From Laetmonice hystrix (Eukaryota): a DNA stretch of 64,000 nt. The first letter of the stretch is position 1; each line of letters starts with the position of its first letter. Below, piece by piece: positions 45,201-55,476 of this stretch. Position numbers and translations under genes: made by a program. Under the pieces are notes generated by a model that had not been told where the DNA came from, made no database searches, and saw only the letters and a list, made by a program, of their open reading frames with translations. The DNA lies in contig OZ249436.1 in NCBI GenBank assembly GCA_965235115.1, forward strand, positions 27,096,001 through 27,160,000. The letters run 5' to 3'.

Positions 45201-46655
45201 ACCCCGAACCACTCAGCCAACACCTTCCCCCCTCTTTCCAATCCCAATGATATGGTTGACTGGCCCTCAGATGTTACCCCTAACCACTCAGCCAACACCC
45301 TTCATGTTCCCAATCCCCATGATATGGCTGACTGACCCTCACTCATTACCCCGAACCACTCAGCCAACACCCTCCCTCTACCCAATCCCCATGATAACGC
45401 TGACTGGCCCTTAGACATTACCCCGAACCACTCAGCCAACACCCTCCCTCTTCCCAATCCCCATGATATGGCTGACTGGCCCTCAGACATTACCCCGAAC
45501 CACTCAGCCAACACCCTCCCTCTTCCCAATCCCCATGATATGGCTGACTGGCCCTCAGACATTACCCCGAACCACCCAGCCAACACCCTCCCTCTTTCCA
45601 ATCCCCATGATATGGCTGACTGACCCTCAGACATTACCCCGAACCACTCAGCCAACACCCTCCCCTTCCCAATCCCATGATATGGCTGACTGTCCCTCAG
45701 ACATTACCCCGAACCACTCAGCCAACACCCTCCCTCTTCCCAATCCCCATGATATGGCTGACTGGCCCTCAGACATTACCCCGAACCACTCAACCAACAC
45801 CCTCCCTCTTCCCAATCCCCATGATATGGCTGACTGGCCCTCAGACAATACCCCGAACCACCCAGCCAACACCCTCCCTCTTTCCAATCCCCATGATATG
45901 GCTGACTGACCCTCAGACATTACCCCGAACCACTCAGCCAACACTCTCCCCCTTCCCAATCCCATGATATGACTGACTGGCCCTCAGACATTACCCCGAA
46001 CGACTGAGCCAACACGCTCCCTCTTCCCAATCCCCATGATATGGCTGAATGTCCCTCACACATTACCCCGAACCACTCAGCCAACCCCCTCCCTCTTCCC
46101 AATCCCCACGATATGGCTGACTGGCCCTTAGACATTACCCGGACCACTCAGCCAACACCCTCCCTCTTGCCAATCCCCATGATATGGCTGACTGGCCCTT
46201 AGACATTACCCCGAACCACTCAGCCAACACCCTCCCTCTTCCCAATCCCCATGATATGGCTGACTGGCCCTCAGACATTACCCCGAACCACCCAGCCAAC
46301 ACCCTCCCTCTTTCCAATCCCCATGATATGGCTGACTGACCCTCAGACATTACCCCGAACCACTCAGCCAACACCCTCCCCTTCCCAATCCCATGATATG
46401 GCTGACTGTCCCTCAGACATTACCCCGAACCACTCAGCCAACACCCTCCCTCTTCCCAATCCCCATGATATGGCTGACTGGCCCTCAGACATTACCCCGA
46501 ACCACTCAACCAACACCCTCGCTCTTCCCAATCCCCATGATATGGCTGACTGGCCCTTAGACATTACCCCGAACCACTCAGCCAACACCTTCCCCTCTTC
46601 CTAATCCCCATGATACGGCTGTCTGGCCCTAAGACATTCCCTCAAACCACTCAAC

Positions 46656-47277
46656 CAAATTCATCATTGTTGATTTTTACTATAGTCATTCAGTTACAAC
46701 AAGACAAGAATTATATGTGTGCAGGGGTGGCGTCGTGACACAGTGCAGATATTTCATCTGAAGGGTCAACTCCCACAAACTTTTTTTCATTGTTTTCTTC
46801 TGTGATTTTTTGGGTATTTTTCCCCTTTTCTTCTATACTACCACCTCCAACCACCCAGAGTGACGCTCCAGTACAGCGAAATTAAATTAACCTTGATATA
46901 AACACCCAGCAGACATATTTCAGTACTGCGACATCCATTACCCACAAACTTTTGTTTCATTTTTTTCTCTTTTGATTTTTTGGGGCTATTTTTCGTTTTT
47001 CTTCTATACTACCACCTCCAACCAATCCTATATCCCCCTTCCCAATTCCTGACATGACTGATTGGTCTTCAGACATTCCCTCCAAACACTTAGCCGACAT
47101 CTCATCCCCTTCCCAATCCACATGCTGTGGCTGTCTGGCCCTCAGACATTACCTCTAACCACACAACCAACACCTTCCCCACACTCACTCCCACAGGGTG
47201 ATGAAACGAATGGGGCCTATTGTGACCCGGGCCCCACGGGGAATGACAATGATCATAAATGATGATAAGATGACTCG
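46656..47277. repeat. Array interruption, copy 4
   Basis: Offset 5075 from copy 3; only isolated substitutions. Confidence 0.95.
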
Positions 47278-48277
47278 AATTCCCAACCCCTATAATATGG
47301 CTAACTGGCCGTGTGACGTTAACCCTAACCACTCAGCCAACACCTTCCCCCCTCTTTCCAATCCCAATGATATGGTTGACTGGCCCTCAGATGTTACCCC
47401 TAACCACTCAGCCAACACCCTTCATGTTCCCAATCCCCATGATATGGCTGACTGGCCCTCACTCATTACCCTGAACCACTCAGCCAACACCCTCCCTCTT
47501 CCCAATCCCCATGATATGGCTGACTGGCCCTTAGACATTACCCCGAACCACTCAGCCAACACCCTCCCTCTTCCCAATCCCCATGATATGGCTGACTGGC
47601 CCTTAGACATTACCCCGAACCACTCAGCCAACACCCTCCCTCTTCCCAATCTCCATGATATGGCTGACTGACCCTCAGACATTACACCGAACCACTCAGC
47701 CAACACCCTCCCTCTTCCCAATCCCCATGATATGGCTGACTGGCCCTCAGACATTACCCCGAACCACTCAGCCAACACCCTCCCTCTTCCCAATCCCCAT
47801 GATATGGCTGACTGGCCCTTAGACATTACCCCGAACCACTCAGCCAACACCCTCCCTCTTCCCAATCCCCATGATATGGCTGACTGGCCCTCAGACATTA
47901 CCCCGAACCACTCAGCCAACACCCTCCCTCTTCCCAATCTCCATGATATGGCTGACTGACCCTCAGACATTACCCCGAACCACTCAGCCAACACCCTCCC
48001 TCTTCCCAATCCCCATGATATGGCTGACTGTCCCTCAGACATTACCCCGAACCACTCAGCCAACACCCTCCCTCTTCCCAATCCCCATGATATGGCTGGC
48101 TGGCCCTCAGACATTACCCCGAACCACTCAACCAACACCCTCCCTCTTCCCAATCCCCATGATATGGCTGACTGGCCCTTAGACATTACCCCGAACCACT
48201 CAGCCAACACCTTCCCCTCTTCCTAATCCCCATGATACGGCTGTCTGGCCCTAAGACATTACCCCAAACCACCCAAC

Positions 48278-48898
48278 CAAATTCATCATTGTTGATTTTT
48301 ACTATAGTCATTCAGTTACAACAAGACAAGAATTACATGTGTGCAGGGGTGGCGTCGTGACACAGTGCAGATATTTCATCTGAAGGGTCAACACCCACAA
48401 ACTTTTTTCATTGTTTTCTTTTGTGATTTTTTGCGTATTTTTCCCCTTTTCTTCTATACTACCCCCTCCAACCACCCAGAGTGACGCTCCAGTACAGAGA
48501 AATCAAATTAACCTTGATATAAACACCCAGCAGACATGTCTCAGTACTGCGACATCCATTACCCACAAACGTTTGTTTCATTTTTTTCTCTTTTGATTTT
48601 TCGGGGCTATTTTTCGTTTTTCTTCTATACTACCACCTCCAACCAATCCTATATCCCCCTTCCCAATCCCTGACATGACTGATTGGTCTTCAGACATTCC
48701 CTCCAAACACTTAGCCGACATCTCATCCCCTTCCCAATCCACATGCTGTGGCTGTCCGGCCCTCAGACATTACCTCTAACCACACAACCAACACCTTCCC
48801 CACACTCACTCCCACAGGGTCATGAAACGAATGGGGCCTATTGTTCCCCGGGCCCCAAGGGGAATGACAATGATCATAAATGATGATAAGATGACTCG
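48278..48898. repeat. Array interruption, copy 5 (diverged edge copy)
   Basis: Same sequence with many substitutions, e.g. AATTACATG vs AATTATATG and ATTGTTCCCC vs ATTGTGACCC. Confidence 0.95.
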
Positions 48899-50583
48899 AA
48901 TTCCCAACCCCTATAATATGGCTAACTGGCCATGTGACGTTACCCCTAACCACTCAGCCAACACCTTCCCCCCTCTTTCCAATCCCAATGATATGGTTGA
49001 CTGGCCCTCAGATGTTACCCCTAACCACTCAGCCAACACCCTCCCTCTTTCCAATCCCCATGATATGGCTGACTGGCCCTCAGTCATTACCCCGAACCAC
49101 TCAGCCAACACCCTCCCTCTTCCCAATCCCCATGATATGGCTGACTGGCCCTTAGACATTACCCCGAACCACTGAGCCAACACCCTCCCTCTACCCAATC
49201 CCCATGATATGGCTGACTGGCCCTTAGACATTGCCCCGAACCACTGAGCCAACACCCTCCCTCTTCCCAATCCCCATGATATCGCTGACTGGCCCTCAGA
49301 CATTACCCCTAACCACTTAGCCACCATAGGGTGATGAAGGAGAAAATGGATATATCGTGCTTTTGAAACTCTTCATATAAAAATACATAAGCACAACGTA
49401 CCATATATAACAAGAAAAAATGCGCACGTGGAATTGAGTTGGTTGTTGTTCCTGTGTTGTCCATGGATGGTCATGGGTCGGTGTTCTCTTTTTTTCCTTT
49501 TTTTTTCTTAACTTCTTTTATTTACCCTGGGGTTCATTGGCACAGCCGGTTTTCATTGACCGCCAGCCCAGAGTTACTTTGGTTTGCATTATAATACACA
49601 GAAAGCAAATAAGACTCAGGCTGACTTAGCTGTGCATTGTCCGTGGATGGTTGTGGGTCGGCATCTGGTTGTCCTGTCTGATTTTCCTACTACTGCCGGC
49701 GCTGGCGCCCAAATACTGAAAAAAATTAGAAAGAGGTCACATTTCGTCATTGATAAATTAGTGTTGACATCCTGTAAGTTGCACGTTTCGAGAATTCTGG
49801 TAGTATACATGCATAATTTATTCATCAGTATTTTCCTTCATTTGTATCTTCAGTGAAAGAAAACCGACTCAAATTTCAATAGGATGTATGTATATTTGGT
49901 CGATTCCTCAAAAAGTGTATTTTTAAACTTCCATGTATAGTGAACATATTTAATATTTCAGATTAGCACACGCCTGGCTGCTCCCAGCGTGTGTTATAGG
50001 CCCAAAACCGTGAAATTATTAGAGCCATAATTCACGGGTATGACGCGTCATGAATTGACCAATCGGAGAGGGTGCTCATTCGAATTCATTGTGTTTGCCT
50101 GTCCTCGCTTCAAGGTTGTCAATAGGTAGAACTAGCAACTAATGGAGTGTTAATGGCTGAGACTTCGCAGTTGTTATAGAATTACGAGAAGAAACCCGTC
50201 TGTATAGTTCAGTTGGGTCGTTTCGATTCGATATGCCCACAGCGAACTCTGTTTACATCGTTTAAATGACGCGCCGAGTCCATTTGCCTAGTAGAGGGGA
50301 TGGCGCTATTGCTGAATGCATGGCCTTAATGTTCCGTCCAATCAGAAAGCTCCTTTTATAGGCTCGCTAAGTCAATGAAAGTCACGTGATAACGATCGAC
50401 CAATAGTGAAGCGTGGTACAAATCGGCCGGTTCAAAGGTCATTGTGGGAGGCCCCCCGACCTCAGAATGTAAACAAGATGTGGTGGCCACAGTTGCTGAA
50501 TGAAATCGCCGGTAAAAGCTCAACTGGGTGTAGTTTTGGCACTGTTTGAATTGTTTATAGCTATAGGTTGTGTGCTAAAGTAA

Positions 50584-50698
50584 ATAAAGCACTGCCAGAG
50601 CCAGTCTCGACGTTGTTCTGGCGATATAATGCACTCGCCTTCGGCTCGTGCATTATTTCGCCATAACAACGTCTCGACTGGCTCTGACAGTGCTTTAT
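50584..50698. repeat. Long imperfect palindrome (~51-bp arms), probable end of a non-autonomous DNA element
   Basis: ATAAAGCACTGCCAGAGCCAGTC...ATAATGCAC, then loop TCGCCTTCGGCTC, then GTGCATTAT...GACTGGCTCTGACAGTGCTTTAT; 5 mismatches by manual pairing. Confidence 0.9.
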
Positions 50699-50736
50699 CC
50701 ACTAAATAACCCACTCTAATTATTGGATTTAATATG

Positions 50737-50960
50737 TTTTTTGTTTTTTTTTGTTTTAAACAAAATGATCTTTATTGAAGAAGATATACACAAGGTTATA
50801 AGCCTGTTTCCTGGTAAACCTCCTACAATAGTAACGCGTTTCCTGAATACCTTATCCTCAATACCATTTAGTATATAGGTACGGGGTATGATAGAAGAGT
50901 GAGATGATAATGAGATGTGTGGGTGATTATAGCATCTGTACAGGGGGGGAAATGCCATGA
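50737..50960 (-). mobile_element. Possible 3' end of a retroposed element (AATAAA + degenerate poly(A))
   Basis: Minus strand reads ...CAATAAAGATCATTTTGTTTAAAACAAAAAAAAACAAAAAAC. The signal is at 50771-50776 and the T-run at 50737-50757. The upstream boundary is arbitrary. Confidence 0.4.
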
Positions 50961-51047
50961 TACACATTTACATGTCAACTTAATAGGGCTAATATGTGTT
51001 TTGTTAGCTTCATCAGCAAAGTCAGGCAATATGTGTCCTGCTGACCT

Positions 51048-51900
51048 ATGCAGCCGACGCTGCCTGCTATCCACAGTAAAGTGATATTGAGTAGGGACTT
51101 CTTACACAGGTATGGAATGTTACTCAGTTATACTTTAGATCATCTTTCTTTAACATTTACATTAGCAAAAATCCAATTCCCCAATCGATTAGACCCGCCC
51201 GGGTCAGAGGTATTGTGTGCAGGCCAAATTACCTTAGGTAAACCTCTATGGGAGGTCAGGAAGTTTTCTTTGAGGCTAACTAAGTGTCAGGTGTTAATAG
51301 CCAGGGCAGCAGTTATGATGACAGATGGATAGGTTCCAATTCGCCTAATTATCTATTTCCAGGGGAAAAGAACTTTAAAGAGCGGACATATTTTGGAGCC
51401 TATAAAAAAGTAGTCAATTCGAAAACTAAACAAGGTAAACAATATTTAGCATGTACATCAGACAGAGCATTCCTCACATATACCCCAGGTTGATCTATCA
51501 AAAGCTAACCTAACACCAGAACAAACGAAAGCTTTACAAGATATTTCAGCACAAAATTCGGACGCCTTTTTGAGACCAGATGGGAGACTGGGATGCACTG
51601 ATTTGGTTGAACATGAAATTGAGACAGTTCCAGTGGTTCCCACAAACCATAAACTTCCATATTGCTTGTCTCCCAAAATGAGGGATAAATTAGACAAACC
51701 GGCCCAGGAACAAATTGATCTTGGTGTATTAGAGCCATGTACATCAGGTGCATGGGCCTCGCCATCCTTTCTGATAGCAAAGGCGGATGGCAAGTCACAG
51801 GATTAGACATAAACTACCGAGGTTTAAATGCAGTTAAGTCACCGCAGTTTGTACCCATCCAAAGAATTGATGAAACATTTGATTTAGTGAGGCAAAAACA
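51048..51900 (+). pseudogene. Ty3/Gypsy pol remnant (protease C-terminus to RT N-terminus), frameshifted and truncated
   Basis: Contains VILSRDFL (protease ILGxDFL-like), then DLSKANLTPEQ...LGCTDLVEHEIET...PYCLSP...GVLEPCTSGAWASPSFLIAKADGK. After a frameshift it reads INYRGLNAV...VPIQRIDETFD. No YxDD, RNase H or integrase is seen. Confidence 0.9.
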
Positions 51901-52335
51901 CATGCTTGGCCGGTAAACAAACGCACATGATCAAATTACGTCTTCTGATTGGTTACGAGTGAAAGACGAATCACTTCCCGTGCAAAACAATTCCGCGAAC
52001 AAGCTGCTAATTCTGATCATTTACCTAATGGGGCCTAACCCCGATATCATGTGAGTTCATGGTTGAGCAGCGGTGGTATGTACATACATATAAATGTATA
52101 TTTGCATTTATCCCGACACTCATGCGTAAACCAACAGGCATTTACAATATATCTATTAGAAACACATGTCAAAGACACAAAAGATGTTTTCCACTGGTCA
52201 CAAGCTAATACAGTGGCATCACAGGACACTAAGACAAGGCATAGACCGAGGTGAACTGTAAATAATACGTTGGTAGTCATGCCTAATCAAAATTACATGC
52301 GATTGGACGGGAGAGGTGGAATTAACGAAAAAGTT

Positions 52336-54320
52336 TTAGTCTTTCATCTGGCGCCTAAGATACATTATGATTTTGCCGTGTTTGTTTTGACCTTTGAAGC
52401 AGTGTTTTGAGTTCAGTTGACCAGAGACTGCATGCACCGCCCCACTTCCAATCTCGAGTAGCCTCGACCATAGTGCGGTCGCCGGTTATGCAAAAGTTCT
52501 CTGTGCTGTGAAAACTTGGCATTGTTAGCGTCACCCATGACCCTCTCCTCGATTCTTGGCCACTCTGATGTTGATGTTATTTTGATTTTGTTCCCCAGTT
52601 GTTTGATTTTTTTTTCATTTTGTGCCTTTTCAGCTTTCTTACTTTGAAAATACTGTTCGGTTGAATTCCACTTACGGCCGTCGATTATAATGTCACATGG
52701 ATAGAAATTACTTAAGGGGAGTGTTCTGAGGCAAATCCTACATGATTCTCTGACACTTTGGGGGTTCTGGCGGCAGATAGTAAAAATTTCGGTGGCAATA
52801 GTTCAAGGTCTTCATACTTGTAGGTTTGGTTATTGAGGTGTAACATGTCAACAACAACCTTTGCAGAGATGGGGGCTCTATGTGCCTCGCATACGTAGAG
52901 CTCTACTGATCTTAGCGCCGCTCTCTCCATTTTGATTTGCGCGGGTAAATCCTCATTTATATATATCTTAGTGGTTGTGTCCCGCAGTCTTACAGGTTAT
53001 TCTTACGAATCTAGCTAGTATTGGACGTGGTCGGCTTGACTACTTACTCCCATACCTGTGGCACTTGTCCACTTCTGTACTTTCAATGGGCAATTCTAGC
53101 TTCTCTCGTATTAGTTGTAGGACGAGTCGCTTGGTGTTTTCCCCCCGATTTTCGGGCAGGCCTTCAATAACAAGGTTATGTTTTCTGCTATGTGTCTCTA
53201 GCTGGAGAATTTTTTTGTTTGCTTCCTGTAGCTCCTTCATGATTTTAACATTGTTCGCCCTTTCCATGGTTAACTTGTTTGTGAGTTCGTCCAGTAAACT
53301 GACACGTGTGTCTTCAATGTCGCTTTCCAGCCTCACTTTAAAAACAAATTGGTTAAAACAACCAAGATCCTGGTTAAAATCAACCAATCTTCTGCATGGA
53401 TGTGTCCAATCGATCTCGTGGTCACAATAACCAATCCAACCGTTACCACAACCATTATTTTGGTTAATATGCTAGTATGTAACCAATGTTTTGGTTGAAA
53501 CAACCAATCCAGATTGGTTGAATTAATAACCAATTAAACCAAGAAACTTAATTGTTCACTGCATTTATACAATTATGATAAACGAGAAACAAATATCTGG
53601 CTTTTTTAGTTTAGATTCGCATGGCCTTATGATTTCAGACAGGTCCATTCAAAGAAAATTCAAACATCTGTAACCTAAGATGCTACTCTGCATGATAATG
53701 TCGACTACTTTTACCAAGGAGTTAATAATTATGTTCTCTAGCGTCCAAAGATGGTGTTTTCATCAGCAATGTCAACAAATCCTACTTAATTAGGCCCTGG
53801 TTTGACATAACACTCTACTCACTATAACAAAGACTCCTCATATTATTGTTCATTTATGCCCACGGTTTCATTAGCCGACTCTCACAGGTATAAGACACTT
53901 CGGGGTATAGACAAAGAAATGGGCAGGTGAGAGTCATCATGTGACCACCGTGCCGGTTGTCCAGTAACCACATTGGTTGTTAATCGCCAATAAACATATT
54001 GGTTGTAACTAAATTGGTGGTTAAATTAACCAATTTAGGCTCAATCAATTAGATTGGTTACCCAATAACCAACGTATTGGTTGTGATTTAAGCAAATTTA
54101 ACTAATTTAGGCTAAACCAATGAGATTGGTAGTTATTTCAACCAATCTGTTTTTAGTGTGTAGTTCTCAATTCTCATTACTTCAATGTTTTCCGGCGAAC
54201 ATGATTGATAGTCTCTTTGCGTCCTGAGTAAGGTCTTACAGCTTAGAGTAAATCATATCTAGGTTTACCTGTTGCCTTGTTTGGTGTGCCATTGTTGACG
54301 TTAGCAACCTCGGCCATATT
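52336..54320 (-). pseudogene. Decayed non-LTR retrotransposon ORF1-like protein (coiled coil + RRM) with C-terminal NADAR/YbiA-like domain; interrupted by a MITE
   Basis: ORF1 part: KILQLETHSRKHNLVIEGLPENRGEN...VDKCHRYG...RPRPILARF...IYINEDLP. Manual translation across frameshifts then gives HSPLSNFYPCDIIIDGRKWNSTEQYFQSKKA...KIKQLGNKI...W...VMGDANNAKFSQH...TGDRTMVEATRDWKWG...FKGQNKHGKIIMYLR, with a stop at 52336-52338. The N-terminal limit is approximate. Confidence 0.85.
53334..54160. mobile_element. Non-autonomous TIR DNA transposon (MITE, CAC-ended, possibly CACTA/EnSpm-type) inserted in the ORF1
   Basis: Left end CACTTTAAAAACAAATTGGTTAAAA vs reverse-complemented right end CACACTAAAAACAGATTGGTTGAAA. 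Many subterminal AACCAA/TTGGTT motifs at both ends. No clean TSD seen. Confidence 0.8.
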
Positions 54321-54585
54321 GGTGGTGTCGTCGGGTTGTGTTATGGTGACCTCTTGGAAAACCTGCTTGTTTTTGTCCTTGGCTTTATCGGCTTTCCTAT
54401 TTGGCATGCCTTCCGTTTCTTGGTATCTTTGGACAACAGTAGGTGTACTTTAGAACGTAAAATCCCGCTTTTTCCTTGATATTTCCTCCTTCCGTCTCCC
54501 GCCACGCAACACACGTGTTTCGTAATCAACCCCTATTAAATTACTCCGCGTGTCCTCTGCTATGCCGCGCTTCCTCGTCTAGCGT

Positions 54586-54600
54586 GCCGCCATCTAGTGG
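54586..54600 (-). promoter_or_regulatory. CCACTAGATGGCGGC: CTCF-like and YY1-like (AGATGGCG) motif at the putative 5' end of the ORF1 element
   Basis: Motif match only. It sits at the edge of a GC/CpG-rich stretch upstream of the ORF1, as in L1-type 5' ends. Confidence 0.3.
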
Positions 54601-55269
54601 ATTTTATTAACATCAAACTACTGTCATACTGTAACATCCTTCCTTTTTTCTATACATATTCTAATTATTTTTTAGGAGGTTCTGGGACGGAGGAATCGGT
54701 TACTAGAAGAAAAAGAGTGATTGGCTCGCTCCCTCATTTGCACAAATTAAATATGGCCGTCATGTTAGCCAGAACTCGAGCTATTCTGGCTATATCTTCA
54801 CGTCAAAATGAGTTTTACTCATTAAAAAAAAGCTCATAAATGTGCCTTGAAATTCCGTCACGTTACAGTTGCTGTAATTCCGTCACACTAATGACAGATC
54901 GCATTAAAAACCAGAGTTATAGGCTTCTATAGGCATATGATAGGCTTCTATAGGTATATAGATTTATGATTCTATAGAATTTATTTTTAAAATTCATATC
55001 ACTGTAACGAGGCCTAATCGCAGGAAACAAGCTGTAGGCCTATTGAACATGTGGAACAAAGGTCAACTAACGCAATGGCAACGTAAGTGATATAAAAAGT
55101 AGGCTAAATTATGAGCCGGAACAGGCAGAAAGTGAAGGCTGATAACGAATTGGCCGAACAAATATAGGCTATAGTCTACTTCCATACCACCGTCATATGT
55201 GAAAATCTATGAGGTGATTTCAAGACGACAGAGTTACTTGGCCTAAAAGCTGGGAGGGTGTTCCATTTA

Positions 55270-55476
55270 TAAAGAGCAGAAAAAGCTTTGCTAAGTCGAA
55301 AAATCATCGTCGATAATGCCATAATCTTCCCCACAGGACTCGTGAAACCAAAGGTGGCATATCCTACACATAAGCCAGTCCTCAGTTGATTTAGGATCGG
55401 ATGGGTCACGAGAGACAAAGCAGCAGCTTGCACATTCAGAGTCGTCCTGCTTTGTCTTCTTTTGCTTGCCCTGCAA
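55270..55476 (-). pseudogene. PHD-type zinc-finger fragment, probably a transposon-protein C-terminus
   Basis: Basic stretch, then ECASC...EDWLMCRICHLWFHESC...DDDF. The last Cys pair is lost. Confidence 0.65.

Larger units (their letters stand above)
1..49324. repeat. 72-bp tandem satellite array with higher-order repeat structure; continues off the left edge
   Basis: Head-to-tail monomer CCAATCCCCATGATATGGCTGACTGGCCCT(C/T)AGACATTACCCCGAACCACTCAGCCAACACCCTCCCTCTTC in one orientation throughout. Variant monomers recur in fixed order. The array ends at ...AACCACTTAGCCACC (~49,324). Confidence 0.99.

Noticed and set aside
1..49324. CRISPR array or tRNA array (72-bp period)
   Set aside because: No unique spacers and no cas genes; no cloverleaf or convincing A/B boxes; eukaryotic transposon context.
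37..49327. Numerous ORFs encoding 24-aa repeats (MADWPLDITPNHSANTLPLPNPHD / GQSAISWGLGRGRVLAEWFGVMSK) as a giant repeat protein
   Set aside because: 72 is divisible by 3, so frames stay open on both strands by default. Frameshifting indels and stop codons are frequent and are copied along with the HORs.
49703..49712. TGGCGCCCAA as a tRNA-Lys primer-binding site for the Gypsy remnant
   Set aside because: Only 10 nt match, it is not preceded by an LTR-ending CA, and no LTR pair is seen.
52975..53430. 151-aa plus-strand ORF
   Set aside because: It is the antisense shadow of the ORF1 remnant.
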